Assembly (NCBI RefSeq): GCF_018977255.1
Contig: NW_024704743.1
Coordinates: forward strand, 29,266,001-29,330,000
Direction: 5' to 3'
Length of the DNA stretch: 64,000 nt
Source: Callorhinchus milii
Lineage: Eukaryota
Below are positions 61,882-64,000 of the stretch, piece by piece. The position numbers were made by a program, and so were the translations under genes. The notes below the pieces were generated by a model that did not search any database, had not been told where the DNA came from, and worked only from the letters and a program-made list of their open reading frames with translations. Every line of letters begins with the position of its first letter. Within the stretch, counting starts at the first letter, position 1.

Positions 61882-64000
61882 ACCGTTATATATATATAAC
61901 AGCACAAAACTAACCTCAATGTAAATATAAGTCGTGCTGGAACCTGCATCCAACAATGCAGACTAACTTTCCTAAACATAAATACAGCAGTAGATATGCA
62001 AACAACTTTGCTGGAATTATGTCAATTAAAATTACTATCTAGTCACTACAAAAAATATAAACAGGACTGTATATTGTTAGATGCAATCTGCTGAAAGATG
62101 TTTCTGCATCAAATCAGAAGGAATCTACCTGCAATTTGCATATGTAAAAAATCCAAGCAAAACTAAACACTCTGGAGCAATAGTCACAGAAGCTATTCCT
62201 AGAAATTCCAAAAATTAGTGTCTTGCTAAAGGTGGATGACTTTGTTCAATTCGTACACTGAAATGAATGAGGCTGAACGTGCAAATCAGTCACCTTTTTT
62301 TTGTGGGTTGATAAGAGAGAGAAAGAGAGCTGGCTCCAGTTGCACAATGAACTATGTTTGTAAGGCTGCAGCCAGTGCTGCCTGCACTGCAGCAGAAGTC
62401 AGCATTACTGGTACAATTCATTTACTAAATGAACAATGGGCTCAGCAATTAAATGAGCTGAGGTTTGATTCATTGCAAGTTTCCATTTGTGTTTCAACAT
62501 TTTTTCTGGAATGATACAGAAGAAGAAGAAACGAGGTGAAGACAGGATATCATGACCTTTATGGCTAACAATGCTGAACTGTCAGCGCCTGCTTTTTTCC
62601 ATCGTTAGACCTTGCGAGGGCATTTGATGATGCTTTCCAGTTTTGACCAGGTCACTCGGCTCACCTGGCTGAGCCCTGCTCTGCCAGCGACCGATCTCTC
62701 TTTTACCTCCTTGATGCACCTGTTAATTCTGCCTCGGGACAAACATTTAAAAATTTCAAGCTATTTCCTAACCACATCATGTGGAAAGGAAGAAACATGC
62801 AAGATAGCAGAATGTCCAGGTTCTGAGGTCGAGATGCATTCGTGCAAGAGGGGGAAAGAGGTCAAGTTACAGGGTGGAAGGCTAACAAACAAACGAGCAA
62901 AGAGCAAAAGCTCACAGCAGGGCAAGAGTTCAGTTAATTCACCCAGACGATCTATTCCAGACGTGGTAAATGATACATTATTGGATCCAGATCTGCAACT
63001 GCTTTGTATATATTACATTACTGGGACCAACCTCACTTAAGTGTCATTAGCCTTCCCTCAGAAATACTGTTATTGCTCAAACCTGTTCGCTGGGAGTGTT
63101 TTAACTTTGCTGGCAATACTTTCAGTTTCTCCCTTTTTATTCCACCCTAAATCCCTGCTCTACCACAGTATTATAAAGCGTAACCGCCAATATTGGAACA
63201 CCCAAGTTGATGGTGCTCAGTGGGATTTCAGTAATGTATTACATACAGCACAATCCCACAGATTATAGCAGCGTAAACACTGATAAACACAGAGCTAAAC
63301 ATACAGTAAGTGCCCAGGACTGGCAAATGCTAAGAAGTGTTATTAGCTCCTCATTAATCAAAGCCTCTATCATGGAGAGAGGAAGCTATTGTAGATAAAG
63401 GAACGTTTCGCAGATAAGACAGAAAGAATTCTGAAAAAAGGACAATAGAGCTTTCACAATTGATGCGAGCTACTGTATTAGCAAATTTACCAGGGATTGA
63501 ACAAATTTGCTCACGTGAAATTCCATCCATCCCCAATGTGAGCTTCACAGAAACAGTAACACTGCAACAAAGACATTAAAGACATGGATTAAAAATCAAT
63601 TTTTCTTGGTCATCTGTTCAAATTTCAAAGTTTCTGGTATTGATTTAGTAATTACACAAAAAGTACAGATTTTATTATGGATATTTTATCTTTTCATTCT
63701 TATCTGTTCACCCGCAAAACACAGTCACTCCCATTAACAGTAAATTTGTGACGTGCTTTGAGATGTCCTCCCAGCATGAAAGGCACTCTACCAAATGTAA
63801 ACATAATTATTATTTTCAGTTTTCCAAGATGGTACCCCACTTGAAGGGCACTAGAGAATATAAGTTGTTGTTGTTATTCTCTTTGGCATCAGTGTATCAC
63901 AGATCTCTGTGCAATACTTGAAGTGCAATGCAAAATTAGCACGAGACTACCACCAGAGCAATGCATCATAATGACATTAAACATGTGCAGATTTAGCTGA

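Noticed and set aside
62612..63040. 142-aa ORF and other 60-145 aa ORFs in unique sequence (e.g. 17082, 28788, 42411, 51454, 56304)
   Set aside because: Mostly non-ATG starts, no recognisable domains and no coherent exon chain; consistent with chance ORFs
1..64000. CRISPR array or prokaryotic-type system
   Set aside because: Recurring 30-40 bp motifs are dispersed SINE/LINE tails, not regularly spaced repeats; the sequence is eukaryotic and has no operon structure

Overview
Vertebrate genomic DNA, AT-rich and repeat-dense. The repeat inventory (DeuSINE-like and tRNA-Ala SINEs, L2 and CR1 LINE fragments, a Penelope-type terminus) points to a cartilaginous fish, possibly a chimaera such as the elephant shark; this is inferred from recalled repeat consensuses, not a database search. 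I recognise no known protein-coding gene. The informative ORF-track entries are decayed L2/CR1 reverse-transcriptase fragments or SINE-derived frames, so the window looks intronic or intergenic. Items worth following up: (1) a candidate spliced 55-aa acidic microprotein ORF at 4048-4584; (2) a perfect palindrome with 121-bp arms at 53950-54192; (3) an unclassified ~480-bp ancient repeat present twice in opposite orientation (19.7 kb and 60.6-61.0 kb); (4) a minimal hammerhead-ribozyme relic in a Penelope-like terminus at 18.4 kb; (5) a U2 snRNA fragment at 59870-59912; (6) a modular SINE system (tRNA-Ala head, partial CORE, Deu-SINE 3' half, L2-type hairpin tail) with visible subfamily steps, including one copy with precise loss of the region between two inverted 8-mers. 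I found no convincing wholly new biological system. Repeat boundaries are approximate (about 10-20 bp).
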